Source: Bryobacteraceae bacterium (GTDB taxonomy: Bacteria > Acidobacteriota > Terriglobia > Bryobacterales > Bryobacteraceae). From it: 64,000 bases of DNA. Under the pieces are notes generated by a model. The model worked only from the letters and a program-made list of their open reading frames with translations, did no database searches and was not told where the DNA came from. A program made the position numbers and the translations under genes. How positions within the stretch are numbered: the first letter of the stretch is position 1; each line of letters starts with the position of its first letter. The DNA is taken from NCBI GenBank assembly GCA_031367405.1, contig JANLPT010000361.1:973-64972 (forward strand). Direction: 5' to 3'. Shown here piece after piece: positions 47,382-57,068 of the stretch.

Positions 47382-48413
47382 ATGCGGCGCGCGATTTGGT
47401 TGAGCATGGCGATCATGGCGGTGGCCGCTTTGGTAAACAGCCGCGCCGGAAATCCCTTGGCGGCGGTTCCCCAAGTGGGGCCGCCCCCCAGCGGACTGGA
47501 GCAGCGATTCAGCCGTCCAGCCACCTGGGAATGGAGCCTGTTTGAAAGCCGGGACGGGGCACGGCTCCGTTCCGGTTCGGCCAAGCCAATGTCATCGGTG
47601 CCCTCCAAGGCGACGATTATTCTAGTGGGCGGCTATACCGAGTTCGCGGAAAAATACTTCGAAACTTTTAATGACTTACTCGCGCATGGCTACAACGTGG
47701 GTACCCTCGATTGGCGGGGGCAAGGCGGGTCGCAGCGTTATTTAACTGACCCGCAGAAGGCGCATTCCATCGGTTTCGAGCACGATAGCGCCGACCTCGC
47801 GCAGTATCTCAAACAATATTCAGGCGCACCCGTGTATCTGGTGGCGCATTCGATGGGCGGTAACATCGCCCTGCGCCTCTTGCACGATCATCCGGACTTG
47901 GTGCGCGCCGCGATCCTTTCCGCGCCCGCGCTCCGCCTTGGTTCGCGGGCGGCGATGCCGGCTTGGCAAGCGCGAGCCCTTTCCGGCCTCATGATCGGCG
48001 CGGGCCCCGGTGAAAGTTATGCGTTGGGCCAACGCCAATGGCAGGACCGGGATACGGTGAATAGTCCGGTTTCGCACGATCCGGTAAGAGACCAAAACGG
48101 CCTGCGTTGGTTTCGCGAACGTCCTGAGTTACGGTTGGGCGGCGGAACTTATCGCTGGGCTTATGAATTCTACAGTTCCTGTGCCACGGTGATGAATTCG
48201 AGTTACTTAGCCGCCATCCGCACACCGGTTCTGATGGGTTCAGCCGGCCAGGACAGCTTCGTCGATTCGACGGCCCATCGGGAAGCCTGCGCCAAACTGC
48301 CCGATTGCCGGGTCGTGCAATATCCTGATTCGCGGCACGAGTTACTGATGGAAACTGACGCGATCCGCACGCCCTGGTTAAACGAAATCGAACGGTTTGT
48401 GGCGGCGCATTGA
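47382..48413 (+). CDS. Alpha/beta hydrolase (lysophospholipase-like)
   Basis: Signal peptide, nucleophile elbow AHSMGG, late ..SRHELLME. Confidence 0.8.
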   Translation: MRRAIWLSMAIMAVAALVNSRAGNPLAAVPQVGPPPSGLEQRFSRPATWEWSLFESRDGARLRSGSAKPMSSVPSKATIILVGGYTEFAEKYFETFNDLLAHGYNVGTLDWRGQGGSQRYLTDPQKAHSIGFEHDSADLAQYLKQYSGAPVYLVAHSMGGNIALRLLHDHPDLVRAAILSAPALRLGSRAAMPAWQARALSGLMIGAGPGESYALGQRQWQDRDTVNSPVSHDPVRDQNGLRWFRERPELRLGGGTYRWAYEFYSSCATVMNSSYLAAIRTPVLMGSAGQDSFVDSTAHREACAKLPDCRVVQYPDSRHELLMETDAIRTPWLNEIERFVAAH

Positions 48414-48614
48414 TTGGCTACCTAACAGCGAGTCGGCAGAAAGGCTGAAGTCTGCACATGTATAGCGAGCCGGTTGTATTTCGGCTAGGCGCTCCAAAGC
48501 GGCACGCCGGCCGCCAGTAATAGTCGAGACCTGCTGGCCCACTTGCGCCGCCGCCGGAAACTCGGCGCGCAAGTAACCCACTAAGTCGTCGCGACTCACA
48601 AAGTCACGCCGCAT
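48378..48614 (-). pseudogene. N-terminal stub (78 codons) of a photolyase/cryptochrome-related FAD-binding protein
   Basis: [51 protein letters not shown].. then unrelated residues and a stop inside the 3' end of the convergent hydrolase gene. The ATG overlaps the DUF2256 stop. Confidence 0.5.
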
Positions 48615-48759
48615 GCGCCGCCTTCTTATGCCGCCGGCAGCGCTCACTGCAATAGCGCACTTGCTCCCAATCGCGTTCCCAACGTTTGCGCCAGACGAAC
48701 GCCCGGGCACATACCAGGCAAACCTTCGCCGGCAGATTTCGCTTTTTCACACCGCGCAT
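48604..48759 (-). CDS. DUF2256-family small zinc-ribbon protein (51 aa, absent from the ORF track)
   Basis: My translation: [51 protein letters not shown]. It matches the remembered DUF2256 pattern K.C..C.R.F.WRKKW...W..V.YCSERCR. Confidence 0.8.
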   Translation of the reverse strand: MRGVKKRNLPAKVCLVCARAFVWRKRWERDWEQVRYCSERCRRHKKAAHAA

Positions 48760-48792
48760 GCCTACACGGATGCCGGGGCACCACCCACCGCG

Positions 48793-49629
48793 CTACCAAA
48801 TCGAATCTTCGGCAATCACGGGAGCGGGAGGTGCGTCCACGCAAACGTTCAACACGGCGGGGGGCGGAAACAGAAACTTCAGCGCCATGGGCAAGCGATG
48901 GGCCCAGGCCCGCTCGCTGTGCGTGGCCCCCGCGTCTTCGAAATAAAACAGATCCTCGCCCTGCCGCCAGCCGCGCGCAACTAGTTCATCCCGCAGTTGA
49001 CGCGTTTGCAAAACGGTTTGCGCATAGGCGCGACCTTCCCGGGTGCCCGTATCGAGCCACAGACGCGCGCGCCGGCGGTGGATGTTGGCCCGCAAGCGCC
49101 GCAGCATCATCTGGCGATCCCACCAGATTGAAGGCGACATAAGAGCCAGCCGCCCAAAGACATGGGGCGCGCGAAAACCAAGGTAGAGCGAGACGAGCCC
49201 ACCGAGCGAACTGCCGCCCATGGCGGTGTGGCAAGCGTCGGATTGCGTGCGAAACTCGTGGTCAATCCAGGGCTTCAGCTCTTCGATGATCAGGCGGCCA
49301 TAGGCTTTGGCGAGTCCGCCGCGCTTGGTCCGCAAATCGACCGTGGGCGTGTATTCATCAATGCGCTGCGGGCCCGCGTGGTCAATTCCGACGATGATGA
49401 GCGGCTCGATCTCGCCCGCTTCGATCATCGCGTCGACCGTCGATTGCACATGCCAGATTTCGCCCGGCACAAACGCCCGATGCTCCTCGAAGAGATTCTG
49501 GCCATCGTGGAGGTAGAGCACCGGATAGCGCGCGTCGCCCTCGTCATAGCCGTCGGGCGTGTAAATCGTAATCTGGCGTTCCGCCAAAAACTTCGACTTC
49601 CACCCCGGTATCGTGCATAACTTTCCCAA
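48793..49629 (-). CDS. Esterase-family protein (putative esterase / siderophore-esterase-like fold)
   Basis: ITIYTPDGYDEGDARYPVLYLHDGQNLF and GGSSLGGL motifs. Confidence 0.8.
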   Translation of the reverse strand: MGKLCTIPGWKSKFLAERQITIYTPDGYDEGDARYPVLYLHDGQNLFEEHRAFVPGEIWHVQSTVDAMIEAGEIEPLIIVGIDHAGPQRIDEYTPTVDLRTKRGGLAKAYGRLIIEELKPWIDHEFRTQSDACHTAMGGSSLGGLVSLYLGFRAPHVFGRLALMSPSIWWDRQMMLRRLRANIHRRRARLWLDTGTREGRAYAQTVLQTRQLRDELVARGWRQGEDLFYFEDAGATHSERAWAHRLPMALKFLFPPPAVLNVCVDAPPAPVIAEDSIW

Positions 49630-49676
49630 TACACCAGTGTAAATGCATAAGCTAAACTGAGAGCTACGTCCCCCTC

Positions 49677-50147
49677 ATGCATCCTAAAACTATCGAAGGC
49701 GAATTGAACGCCGCCGGCCTCCGCTTCGCCATCGTCGTGAGCCGTTTCAACAGCCTAATTACCGACCGTTTGCTGGACGGTGCCCTCGACACGCTCGCGC
49801 GCTCCGGTGCCCGCGCCGCCGACATTGAAATTGTGCGTGTGCCCGGCGCATATGAGATGCCGCTGGTAGTGCGCGAAATCGCGCGGCAGAATCGTCACGA
49901 TGGCATCCTCGCGCTCGGCTGCGTCATCCGCGGCGACACGTCTCACTTCGATTACGTGGCCGGCGAGGCTGCCAAAACCGGGGCCGCCGCGCTCGATGCG
50001 GGCATCCCTGTCGCCTTCGGCGTCCTCACCACCAATACGCTCGAACAAGCCCTGGACCGCGCCGGTGGCAAGGCCGGCAACAAAGGCGCCGACGCCGCTT
50101 CTACCGCCATTGAGATGGCGAACCTTTTGAAGAAGCTGCGCGCCTAA
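49677..50147 (+). CDS. ribH: 6,7-dimethyl-8-ribityllumazine synthase
   Basis: [21 protein letters not shown]..., [24 protein letters not shown]. Confidence 0.95.
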   Translation: MHPKTIEGELNAAGLRFAIVVSRFNSLITDRLLDGALDTLARSGARAADIEIVRVPGAYEMPLVVREIARQNRHDGILALGCVIRGDTSHFDYVAGEAAKTGAAALDAGIPVAFGVLTTNTLEQALDRAGGKAGNKGADAASTAIEMANLLKKLRA

Positions 50148-50605
50148 TGCCCGGACGCAGTAAGTCACGCGAACGCGCGCTGCAAGTGCTTTTCTCTTGC
50201 GACATGCGCAAGCTCGACGTACACGAAGCGCTCGATGCCTTCTATTCCACCCTCTATTCGACGGAAGATCTGCCCGAAACGCGCCTGGAGCGCGATCGTT
50301 TTATGGAAGCGCTCGTTTACGGCACCATCGACAAGCAAGCCACCATCGACGAAACCCTCACTAAGTACTCCCAAAATTGGCGCCTGGAGCGCATGCCCTC
50401 GGTGGACCGCAATATTCTACGCGTCGCCACTTACGAACTGATGCGCGGCGAAAGCGCCAGCGCCATCGTGATTGACGAAGCCATTGAACTCGCGCGCCGC
50501 TTCTCGGGCGATGAGAGCATCGCCTTTGTCAACGGCGTGCTCGATGCGGTGGCCAAAAGTATTGAAGCCACTCAACCGGCCCCGCGCGCCGGGAAGGCAA
50601 AATGA
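50147..50605 (+). CDS. nusB: Transcription antitermination factor NusB
   Basis: SRERALQVLF..., RILRVATYEL, VIDEAIELARRF..., FVNGVLD. Classic ribH-nusB order with a TAATG junction. Confidence 0.95.
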   Translation: MPGRSKSRERALQVLFSCDMRKLDVHEALDAFYSTLYSTEDLPETRLERDRFMEALVYGTIDKQATIDETLTKYSQNWRLERMPSVDRNILRVATYELMRGESASAIVIDEAIELARRFSGDESIAFVNGVLDAVAKSIEATQPAPRAGKAK

Positions 50606-51807
50606 ACAAACGCGCGGTCTCCACGGTGACCGTCAGCCACCTGTTCCTCGACATTAGCCAAGGCGCGGTGCCCGCCATGGTGCCGTTTTTTGTTTCGGAA
50701 CGCCACTATACTTACGCCGCTGCGGCCAGCTTGGTCTTCGCCGCCAATGTGGTCTCATCGGTCATCCAACCTTGGTTCGGCCACATCGCTGACCGTAAAA
50801 ATTCGCCGTGGCTGTTGCCGGTGGGGCTCGTGCTCGGCGCGGTCGGATTGGCCCTCGCCGGCTGGTCATCCAGTTACCCGCTCGCCCTCGGCTCCATGAT
50901 GCTCGCCGGTACCGGCATGGCCGCGTTTCATCCTGAAGCCGCGCGCCTCGTCATGCTTTCTGCCGGCCGGAAGCATGCCACGGGCATGAGTCTGTTTGCG
51001 GTGGGCGGCAATGCCGGCTTTGCGTTGGGCCCTTTTTTGGCCACGCAAGCCATGGTGAGTTATGGCTTGGGCGGCGTGGCGTGGCTGCTGGCACCAGCGA
51101 TTTTGATGGCCACCTTGCTCTGCACGCAGTTAGGCTATCTGGAGCGGGTGGCACGTGAGCGGCAAGCGATCCGGCAGACCGCCGGCAGTGTGGGAGTCGA
51201 TCGCTGGAGCGCCTTCTGGCGCTTGAGTGGCTGCGTGGCGGCGCGGTCAACTGTCTCGTTTGGCATTTACACTTTCCTGCCGATTTTTTGGATTGAAGTC
51301 TTGCATCAGTCGAAGTCGGCCGGCGGTACGGCGCTTTCAATTCTGTTAGGCGCCGGTATTTTCGGTACGTTGCTGGGCGGCCAAATGGCTGATCGCTGGG
51401 GCCGCAAACGCGTCATCATCATCGCTTTCGCCTTGTTGAGTCCGACGATCTGGCTGCTGCAACAAGCTCGCGATATCACCGTGGCGACACTGTTACTCAT
51501 TCCCCTCGGCATCGCGCTCTTTATCCACTTCAGCGTGATGGTCGTCTTAGGGCAAGAGTATCTGCCTAACCGCATCGGCACCGCGTCCGGCATCACCATT
51601 GGCCTCGCGACCACCGTCGGCGGCGTGGCCTCGCCGTTACTCGGATGGCTGGCCGACCATTCGTCCTTGGAGCGTATGTTTCTGGCCGTATCGGCGATTC
51701 CATTAGCCGGCTTAGCGATCGCCCTCACGTTGCCCGCTGCCGATACCCAGCGCCCATCCACCGAACGAGAGGAGATCGAGCAGATGGCTGCTCAGCAGAG
51801 CGAATGA
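50602..51807 (+). CDS. MFS transporter
   Basis: 401 aa, about 12 TM helices, GHIADRKN and MADRWGRKR loop motifs. ATGA overlaps at both ends. Confidence 0.85.
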   Translation: MNKRAVSTVTVSHLFLDISQGAVPAMVPFFVSERHYTYAAAASLVFAANVVSSVIQPWFGHIADRKNSPWLLPVGLVLGAVGLALAGWSSSYPLALGSMMLAGTGMAAFHPEAARLVMLSAGRKHATGMSLFAVGGNAGFALGPFLATQAMVSYGLGGVAWLLAPAILMATLLCTQLGYLERVARERQAIRQTAGSVGVDRWSAFWRLSGCVAARSTVSFGIYTFLPIFWIEVLHQSKSAGGTALSILLGAGIFGTLLGGQMADRWGRKRVIIIAFALLSPTIWLLQQARDITVATLLLIPLGIALFIHFSVMVVLGQEYLPNRIGTASGITIGLATTVGGVASPLLGWLADHSSLERMFLAVSAIPLAGLAIALTLPAADTQRPSTEREEIEQMAAQQSE

Positions 51808-52547
51808 TCAAAGCCCGCAAACTTACGAAGACTTACGGCGACCACATCGCGGTCGATGCGCTTGACCTCGATATTAGCCGCGGGAGTATCTGCGCCTTTC
51901 TAGGGCCCAACGGTGCCGGTAAATCCACGGCCGTGAAAATGCTCACTGGTTTACTTACTCCTACCAGCGGCTCGGCTACCGTCGCCGGGATCGATTGTTC
52001 ACCCGCCACGCCCGCTTTGTCGCGCGCCGTGGGCGTGTTGCCGGAGAGCCTGGCTCTTTTCGATTCATTAACCGTGGAAGAGCATCTCACTTTAACGGGA
52101 TCTGTCTACGGCATTAGTCAGAGCGAGACGGAGCGGCGCTCGGCGGAGTTACTCAGTGCGCTGGCGCTTGAACATGGGCGGCGCACGTTTCTCGACGAAT
52201 GCTCCTACGGCATGCGGAAGAAGACGGCGCTCGCCATGGCTTTGCTGCCGAACCCGCCCGTCCTGTTTCTCGATGAGCCATTCGAAGGGCTTGATCCGGT
52301 GGTCTCGCGCACCATTCGCGACTTACTGGTGGAAATTGCGCCGCGCGGCGTCACCGTCTTTCTTACTTCGCATATCTTGTCGATTGTCGAAGAGATTGCG
52401 ACTCATGTGATGATGATCCGCGCCGGTAAACTGGTTTTCGATTCGCGCCGCGACGGGCTTACCCGGCCATTGGAATCGATTTACTTTGACTTAGTAGAGG
52501 CACCACGCGCCGGGGATTGGTCATGGCTCGGCTCGCCTCAATCCTAG
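51804..52547 (+). CDS. ABC transporter ATP-binding protein (ABC-2 type)
   Basis: From ATG 51804: Walker A GPNGAGKST, signature YGMRKKTALAMAL (degenerate LSGG), Walker B VLFLDEP. Confidence 0.88.
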   Translation: MIKARKLTKTYGDHIAVDALDLDISRGSICAFLGPNGAGKSTAVKMLTGLLTPTSGSATVAGIDCSPATPALSRAVGVLPESLALFDSLTVEEHLTLTGSVYGISQSETERRSAELLSALALEHGRRTFLDECSYGMRKKTALAMALLPNPPVLFLDEPFEGLDPVVSRTIRDLLVEIAPRGVTVFLTSHILSIVEEIATHVMMIRAGKLVFDSRRDGLTRPLESIYFDLVEAPRAGDWSWLGSPQS

Positions 52548-53557
52548 TTATTCTGGCGAAACTGAGTTGGCGCGATCTGCGCCGCTTTAATTCGCTGGGC
52601 ACCAATAATTTCTTTATCTTTGCCATGTTCATCTTCGCGATGCAACCGGCCAATGCTTTTCTACCGCTAGTGCTCGGGCTGATTCTGCTGTTTCCCTTAA
52701 GCGCCGATCCGCTCAGCCGCATCCCGGCTGACCGGTTGGGCCACTGGCCACTCAGCCGCATGGAGCGGATTGCTTTGCGGGCCGGAAGTCTGCTGATGAG
52801 CCCGATCGCCTGGATCACCCTCGGCCTGATGGCTTGGGGAGTCCGCAGCCAGGCGAAATCGTTCGATCTCGGCTGGCGCTTTCTGGCCCTCGGCGCCGGC
52901 ATCGCTTTCCTCACTTACATTCTCACCACCATCCCGGAGCGCTTGCCGCAATTGAACCTGATGCGCCTCGTTACCGTGCCCCACCATCCGCTGGGGGGCC
53001 TGGCCGCCAAGAACACCCGCGAGTTATTCGGCGTGCTGGATCTTTACCTCGCGCTCGTCCTGGCGCTCACGGCCACCGCCTTTCGTTTCTTCGGCAAAAA
53101 CATTGACGGGGAAGCCTTCTTCGGGGTCAGCCTGTTAGTGGTACTCGCGTTCAGCACCATGGCGCAATCGCTGCTCGCGCTCGATGGGCCGTCCGGCTTG
53201 GTGCGCTATCAGTTAATGCCATTGCGCGGTTGGCAGATCTTACTCGCCAAGGACTTGCCCTTACTGGCCATCGCCGTCGTCTTTACCAGTGCGCTGGCAC
53301 CCCTGCCCGCCTTGGCCGGCATGCTGGCCGCGCTCGCCGTGGGCCATCATCCGTCAGTGGTGAAGCCGCGCCAGCAAAAGCGGTGGCGCTTCGCGGCCGG
53401 TGCCTCCCTGGAGACGAGCATCTTACAAATTGTGATGATGCTCGGAGCCGGCACGGTCGTCCATCGCGTCGACGAGCGCTTGATCGCCGTCGCCGCCACG
53501 GCTTGGGCCATCTCGCTCAGTTTCTACGGCTACGTCCTCGACCGCGATCGCGGCTAG
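52517..53557 (+). CDS. Polytopic membrane protein, presumed permease partner of the ABC ATPase
   Basis: 346 aa and very hydrophobic. It overlaps the ATPase 3' end. Start is TTG at 52517 or ATG at 52523. No family recognised. Confidence 0.65.
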   Translation: MVMARLASILVILAKLSWRDLRRFNSLGTNNFFIFAMFIFAMQPANAFLPLVLGLILLFPLSADPLSRIPADRLGHWPLSRMERIALRAGSLLMSPIAWITLGLMAWGVRSQAKSFDLGWRFLALGAGIAFLTYILTTIPERLPQLNLMRLVTVPHHPLGGLAAKNTRELFGVLDLYLALVLALTATAFRFFGKNIDGEAFFGVSLLVVLAFSTMAQSLLALDGPSGLVRYQLMPLRGWQILLAKDLPLLAIAVVFTSALAPLPALAGMLAALAVGHHPSVVKPRQQKRWRFAAGASLETSILQIVMMLGAGTVVHRVDERLIAVAATAWAISLSFYGYVLDRDRG

Positions 53558-53571
53558 GCGCAGTTTACCAG

Positions 53572-53603
53572 CAAAACAGAACCCCGGCCGTCAGCGAGGG
53601 GAT
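53572..53603 (-). repeat. REP-like element, half copy (reverse orientation)
   Basis: GCAAAACAGAACCCCGGCCGTCAGCGAGGGGAT compared with the reverse complement of copy 2's left arm, CAAACGAACCCCGGCCGTCAGGGAGGGGAT. Confidence 0.7.
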
Positions 53604-53628
53604 ATTCGCAGCAAACTAAACCGGCATT

Positions 53629-54048
53629 CTACAAGTAAGTCAGCGCTTCTGGCGCTGCCAAGGTTTGATCGGCGTCCGGCAAGAAACTGTTAGCGTGGTG
53701 AAACCGGCCTTGCCGCACACTGAGCACCACGAAGCTATACCAGGGGCAGCTATGCTCCAGGTCGGTCTTGGAGAAGTAAGCATCGCAATCGGGGTGCGAA
53801 TGGAAGATACCAATCACCGTGAGCTTCTGTTCACGAGCCTCGCGCTCGATGCGCAGTAAATCCGCCGGCCGGATCTCGTAGCGATCTTCCTGGCCGCCCT
53901 CATAAGCATTGTCGACGGCGCGGGCGATCGTTACCAACTTATGATCGCCCTGCGCCGTCCCTAACATGACGCCGCAGCACTCGCGCGGATAAGTGGCTTC
54001 GGCGTGGCTCACCATCACTCGCCACGCCTCGCCTTCAATGGTTAGCAT
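53629..54048 (-). CDS. JAMM/MPN+ (Mov34) metalloprotease
   Basis: E..CG (YPRECCGVMLG) plus HSHPDCDAYFSKTD is the complete JAMM motif. 139 aa. Confidence 0.88.
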   Translation of the reverse strand: MLTIEGEAWRVMVSHAEATYPRECCGVMLGTAQGDHKLVTIARAVDNAYEGGQEDRYEIRPADLLRIEREAREQKLTVIGIFHSHPDCDAYFSKTDLEHSCPWYSFVVLSVRQGRFHHANSFLPDADQTLAAPEALTYL

Positions 54049-54070
54049 ACATATTCAAACGGTCAGAATA

Positions 54071-57028
54071 CTAGAAAGTAATCCGGGCCGCAATTTGTAA
54101 GATACGCGGATCGGCCGTGGCATTGGCCGCCTGAAAGTTAGTCGTCGGCGTAAATACGCGCGTCGTAGCGTTGTAGTTATAGGGCACGAGTTGGAGCGCC
54201 GTGAAGTTCGTATGGTTAAAGCTGTTGAACGCCTCACCCATAATCCTCAGCTTCACTCTTTCGCCCGCCAGTGGAATGTCCTTGGATACGCGCATATCGA
54301 TCGAGAAGAATCCCGGGCCTTCGATCGTGTTCCGCCCAAAGCCGGGCGAACGATCGCTAAAGCGATTGCCGTCGTTATTCAAATCGACATTCGAGCGTGC
54401 CGAGAAGTAACGGCCCGATTGCGAAGTGGAGATGCCCGAAACCTGCCAACCGCCCAGGACGTGCTTCATCACCGGGTTCGCATTTTTGAAGTAATTCAAA
54501 TCCCAAACGCCCGAAAAGACGAAGCGGAAAGGAACGTGGGCATCGCCTAACGCCCGGTCGGAGTTAGGCAGCAGCGTATCGAAGGCCACCTTGGCATCGT
54601 CGCCGCCGTTGTTCGGCACCACCGAGGTTTGGTCAGGCAAGGTATCGATCACTTTCGACCACGTGTAACTCGCCAGGAACTGGAAGTTCTGCGCATAGCG
54701 CTTGGTGATTTGGATAAAGCCCGCATGATAGATGGAGTCGCCGCCCGAATCGTCCAGCGTAACGCGGCCGAAGTTCGGATTGGGGCGCGTGTTCGGCCTA
54801 CGCCCGACTTGTACCGGGCCGTTGCCGTTGGTAAAAGTAGCCGTCGTGTACTGCAGCGGGAAATGGTTGATGTCGCGGGCGCGGGTGAGGTGTTCGCCCC
54901 GGACGCCGAGGTAGCCGAATGTGATCGCCGTGTCGCGGCTCAATTGCAATTCATAGTTAAGATTAAATTGATGGCTAAGCGGCTGCACATAGTCCGGAGC
55001 GACGACATAGATATCGGGCGTACGCAGCAGCGCGGGCGGCGCGGCCAGGATGGCGGGGTAGCGCGGAATCAACGCGGCCTGCGCCGGGATGCCCCCGTTC
55101 AACGAGTAAGTCTGCACTTGGATGCCATTCTGCGAATGCGCCGTCCCCAATAAGATGGAGGCCGTGCGGCCGTAGAACATGCCGTAGCCGCCACGCACTA
55201 CTTGTTTGCCCTCTTTGTCGACCCGGTAAGCAAACCCGAACCGGCCCGCCAGGTTATTGGTGTCGCGGTTGAATCGAGACGTGTCGAGCTTCGCTGCGGC
55301 GAGACCCGGATCAGGATTCTTCACCGGGTTTTGCGCGTAAGTGAACAAGTCGTAGCGTCCGCCGTAAGTCAAGGTCAGGCGGTCGGTTAAGCGCCATTGA
55401 TCCTGGGCGAAGAAAGCGACTTCATTAGCATTGGGATAAGTGGTGGCCCCGTTCGTGCCGGCACCGGCGAAGCCTTGCGTAAATGAGGAGGGGCGGCGAT
55501 TCGCAAAATCGATTAAGGTATCGAAGATAAACGCGCCGCTAAAGTTGCCGGGGAACAGGTTGGCAATCCGCTCAAAGTTGAAGTCCCCGCCCACCTTGTA
55601 ACTGTGCTTGCCGCGCGCCAGCGATACCGCGTTAATGATCTGATACTTCTTCGAGTTGGTATAACGGGGCGAAAAGCTATTGCGCCCGATCGAGAGCAGC
55701 GTGGTGCCGCTTTGACGGATTTGCGCTTCGGGGTCAGCTGAATTCGCCTCGCCCGGCGCGTCGTCGCGCAGGTAGATGAAGCGCGAATCCCACACGGTAG
55801 TAGCGCCAAAGATCTTCGTATAATTCACTGCCAGATTGTCAGTAGTGTTCTTCGAGTTGCCGGTATGCTCGGCCGCGGATTGATTGCCGCCGTTCTCGAA
55901 GTTACGCCCCGTGAAACGGTGCAAATTATAACGGACACTCAGCGTCTGCGTAGAGGAGAGGTTGTAATCGATCTTGGCCGTATGAATGTTATTCACCAAG
56001 CCGGTGGTGTAGGGATTCTGGTACTTACGCAGGTCCTGCGCGGTTTGTTGTGAGACAGCGTCGGCCGGGATGGTGACGTTGGGCGGGAAGAAAACCGCAT
56101 TGGGCAAAGTGTTGCGTTGGCCATCGTAATTGTAGAAGAAGAAAAGCTTATTTTTCTTGATGGGCCCACCGATGTTGCCGCCAAACTGATTAAAGTGATA
56201 TGGCTGGCGGACCCGCCCGGCGGCGTTATTAAAGAAAGTATTCGCATTCATCGCCTTGTCGCGAAAGAACCAAAAGGCCGTGCCGTGCAAAGCGTTCGTA
56301 CCGGACTTGGTTACCACATTGATGACGCCACCGCCCGCGCGCCCGATTTCCGGAGCGTAACCGTTCGTATTTACCTGAAATTCCTGCACGGCATCCTGCG
56401 AGAAGGTGTAAGGATTGCGGGTGCCGGCGCGGCCAGACGATTGGCCAAAAAACAAGTTATTCGAGTCGCCGCCGTCGATCAGGAGGGAGTTAGCCGTGCC
56501 GCGTTGCCCGCCGAAGCTGAGGTCGCCGCCCCGTGGATCGCGCACGACTCCGGGAGTGAGCACCGTGAAATCGAGAAAGTTACGGCCGTTGATGGGCAAG
56601 TCACGCACCGCGCGTTCATTCACTGCCGTGGCGGTATTGGCCCGCGTCGTTTCCACCAGTGGCAAGTCGGTATTGACATCGACCGAGGCCGTGGATGAAG
56701 TAACTTGTAATTTCAAATCCAAATTGGCTTGCGAGCCTACCACAAGAGGCAGATTATCCAGCTTCAGCGTCGTGAAGCCCGCTTGCTGCACTTCCACGTT
56801 GTAAGTGCCGACGGGTAGCCGCACAAAAGTGAAGAAGCCGGCATCGGTGGTGGTGAGCGAGCGGACTAGCCCGGTCGCCACGTTGGAGGCGGTGACCTTG
56901 GCCCCTGTGACGACAGCGCCACTAGGGTCAGTTACAGTACCGGAGAGAGAAGCGCTTCCGATTTCGGACTGCGCGAAAGCAAGCGAGGAGAGAGCCAGGA
57001 AAAGGGTAAGAACCCGGGAAAGCAGCAT
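54071..57028 (-). CDS. TonB-dependent receptor with N-terminal CarboxypepD_reg-like domain
   Basis: Signal peptide, SGTVTDPSGAVVTGAKVTASN..., plug and a 22-strand-type barrel, terminal ...ARITF. Confidence 0.92.
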   Translation of the reverse strand: MLLSRVLTLFLALSSLAFAQSEIGSASLSGTVTDPSGAVVTGAKVTASNVATGLVRSLTTTDAGFFTFVRLPVGTYNVEVQQAGFTTLKLDNLPLVVGSQANLDLKLQVTSSTASVDVNTDLPLVETTRANTATAVNERAVRDLPINGRNFLDFTVLTPGVVRDPRGGDLSFGGQRGTANSLLIDGGDSNNLFFGQSSGRAGTRNPYTFSQDAVQEFQVNTNGYAPEIGRAGGGVINVVTKSGTNALHGTAFWFFRDKAMNANTFFNNAAGRVRQPYHFNQFGGNIGGPIKKNKLFFFYNYDGQRNTLPNAVFFPPNVTIPADAVSQQTAQDLRKYQNPYTTGLVNNIHTAKIDYNLSSTQTLSVRYNLHRFTGRNFENGGNQSAAEHTGNSKNTTDNLAVNYTKIFGATTVWDSRFIYLRDDAPGEANSADPEAQIRQSGTTLLSIGRNSFSPRYTNSKKYQIINAVSLARGKHSYKVGGDFNFERIANLFPGNFSGAFIFDTLIDFANRRPSSFTQGFAGAGTNGATTYPNANEVAFFAQDQWRLTDRLTLTYGGRYDLFTYAQNPVKNPDPGLAAAKLDTSRFNRDTNNLAGRFGFAYRVDKEGKQVVRGGYGMFYGRTASILLGTAHSQNGIQVQTYSLNGGIPAQAALIPRYPAILAAPPALLRTPDIYVVAPDYVQPLSHQFNLNYELQLSRDTAITFGYLGVRGEHLTRARDINHFPLQYTTATFTNGNGPVQVGRRPNTRPNPNFGRVTLDDSGGDSIYHAGFIQITKRYAQNFQFLASYTWSKVIDTLPDQTSVVPNNGGDDAKVAFDTLLPNSDRALGDAHVPFRFVFSGVWDLNYFKNANPVMKHVLGGWQVSGISTSQSGRYFSARSNVDLNNDGNRFSDRSPGFGRNTIEGPGFFSIDMRVSKDIPLAGERVKLRIMGEAFNSFNHTNFTALQLVPYNYNATTRVFTPTTNFQAANATADPRILQIAARITF

Positions 57029-57068
57029 ACTTCAGCATATCAGTTGAGCGTTTGCAGTTGCATAAATG

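Noticed and set aside
48613-48984. 123-aa plus-strand ORF
   Set aside because: It is antisense to the DUF2256 gene and to the 3' end of the esterase gene. No motifs were found.
49630-49676. Possible FMN riboswitch upstream of ribH
   Set aside because: Only 47 nt are available and none of the conserved FMN-element sequence is visible.
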